Positions 63,841 through 64,000 of a DNA stretch of 64,000 bases are shown in pieces. Origin of the DNA: Cyanophora paradoxa CCMP329 (taxonomy: Eukaryota; Plantae; Glaucophyta); NCBI GenBank assembly GCA_004431415.1, contig QPMI01000615.1, positions 161,542 through 225,541 of the forward strand, read 5' to 3'. How positions within the stretch are numbered: position 1 is the first letter of the stretch; each line of letters begins with the position of its first letter. The notes beneath the pieces are model-generated. The model did no database searches, had not been told where the DNA came from, and saw only the letters and a list, made by a program, of their open reading frames with translations. Made by a program: the position numbers and the translations under genes.

Positions 63841-64000
63841 GCAGCTCGCGGGCGGGACGGGAGGCGCTTCGGGCGGCAGCAGGGCTATCCGGGCGGGGCG
63901 GGCGGCGGGCGGCGGCGCGTCTCGACGGGCAGGGCGGAGGCGCGTTCTGCCGCGGGGGCGACGCCGGCGCAGCTCGCAGGGCGGGGCGCCGCGGCGGAGG
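63841..64000. repeat. GC-rich minisatellite, right part of the LTR element's target
   Basis: Continues the G-rich unit seen at 31292-31470. Confidence 0.75.

Overview
This is GC-rich, intron-dense eukaryotic DNA, probably a microbial eukaryote or alga; the species cannot be determined from the sequence. Left half (1-30 kb): two paralogous minus-strand genes built from repeated divergent AP2/ERF-like modules, one split by a 5.5-kb non-autonomous CACTA/CMC-type element (863-6344, CCC TSD). Then come a BAH-domain gene, Tudor-SN (SND1) head-to-head with mitochondrial ribosomal protein uL1m (45 bp between start codons), and a triple-CCCH zinc-finger gene. Right half (31471-63840): one very young giant Ty3/gypsy LTR retrotransposon with ~298-bp LTRs and a GCAG TSD, about 19.8 kb after removing a nested block. 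It has ~10 kb of unexplained coding sequence between gag and protease and no canonical PBS. Nested in it is an 11.9-kb TIR-bounded foldback structure (34746-46630): ~2.5-kb inverted arms plus inverted GC minisatellites enclose ~12.6 tandem 348-bp units, and a ~720-bp direct duplication of host sequence flanks it instead of a normal TSD. Many frameshifts in the right half look like long-read homopolymer errors. All calls were made by eye; no database searches were run.
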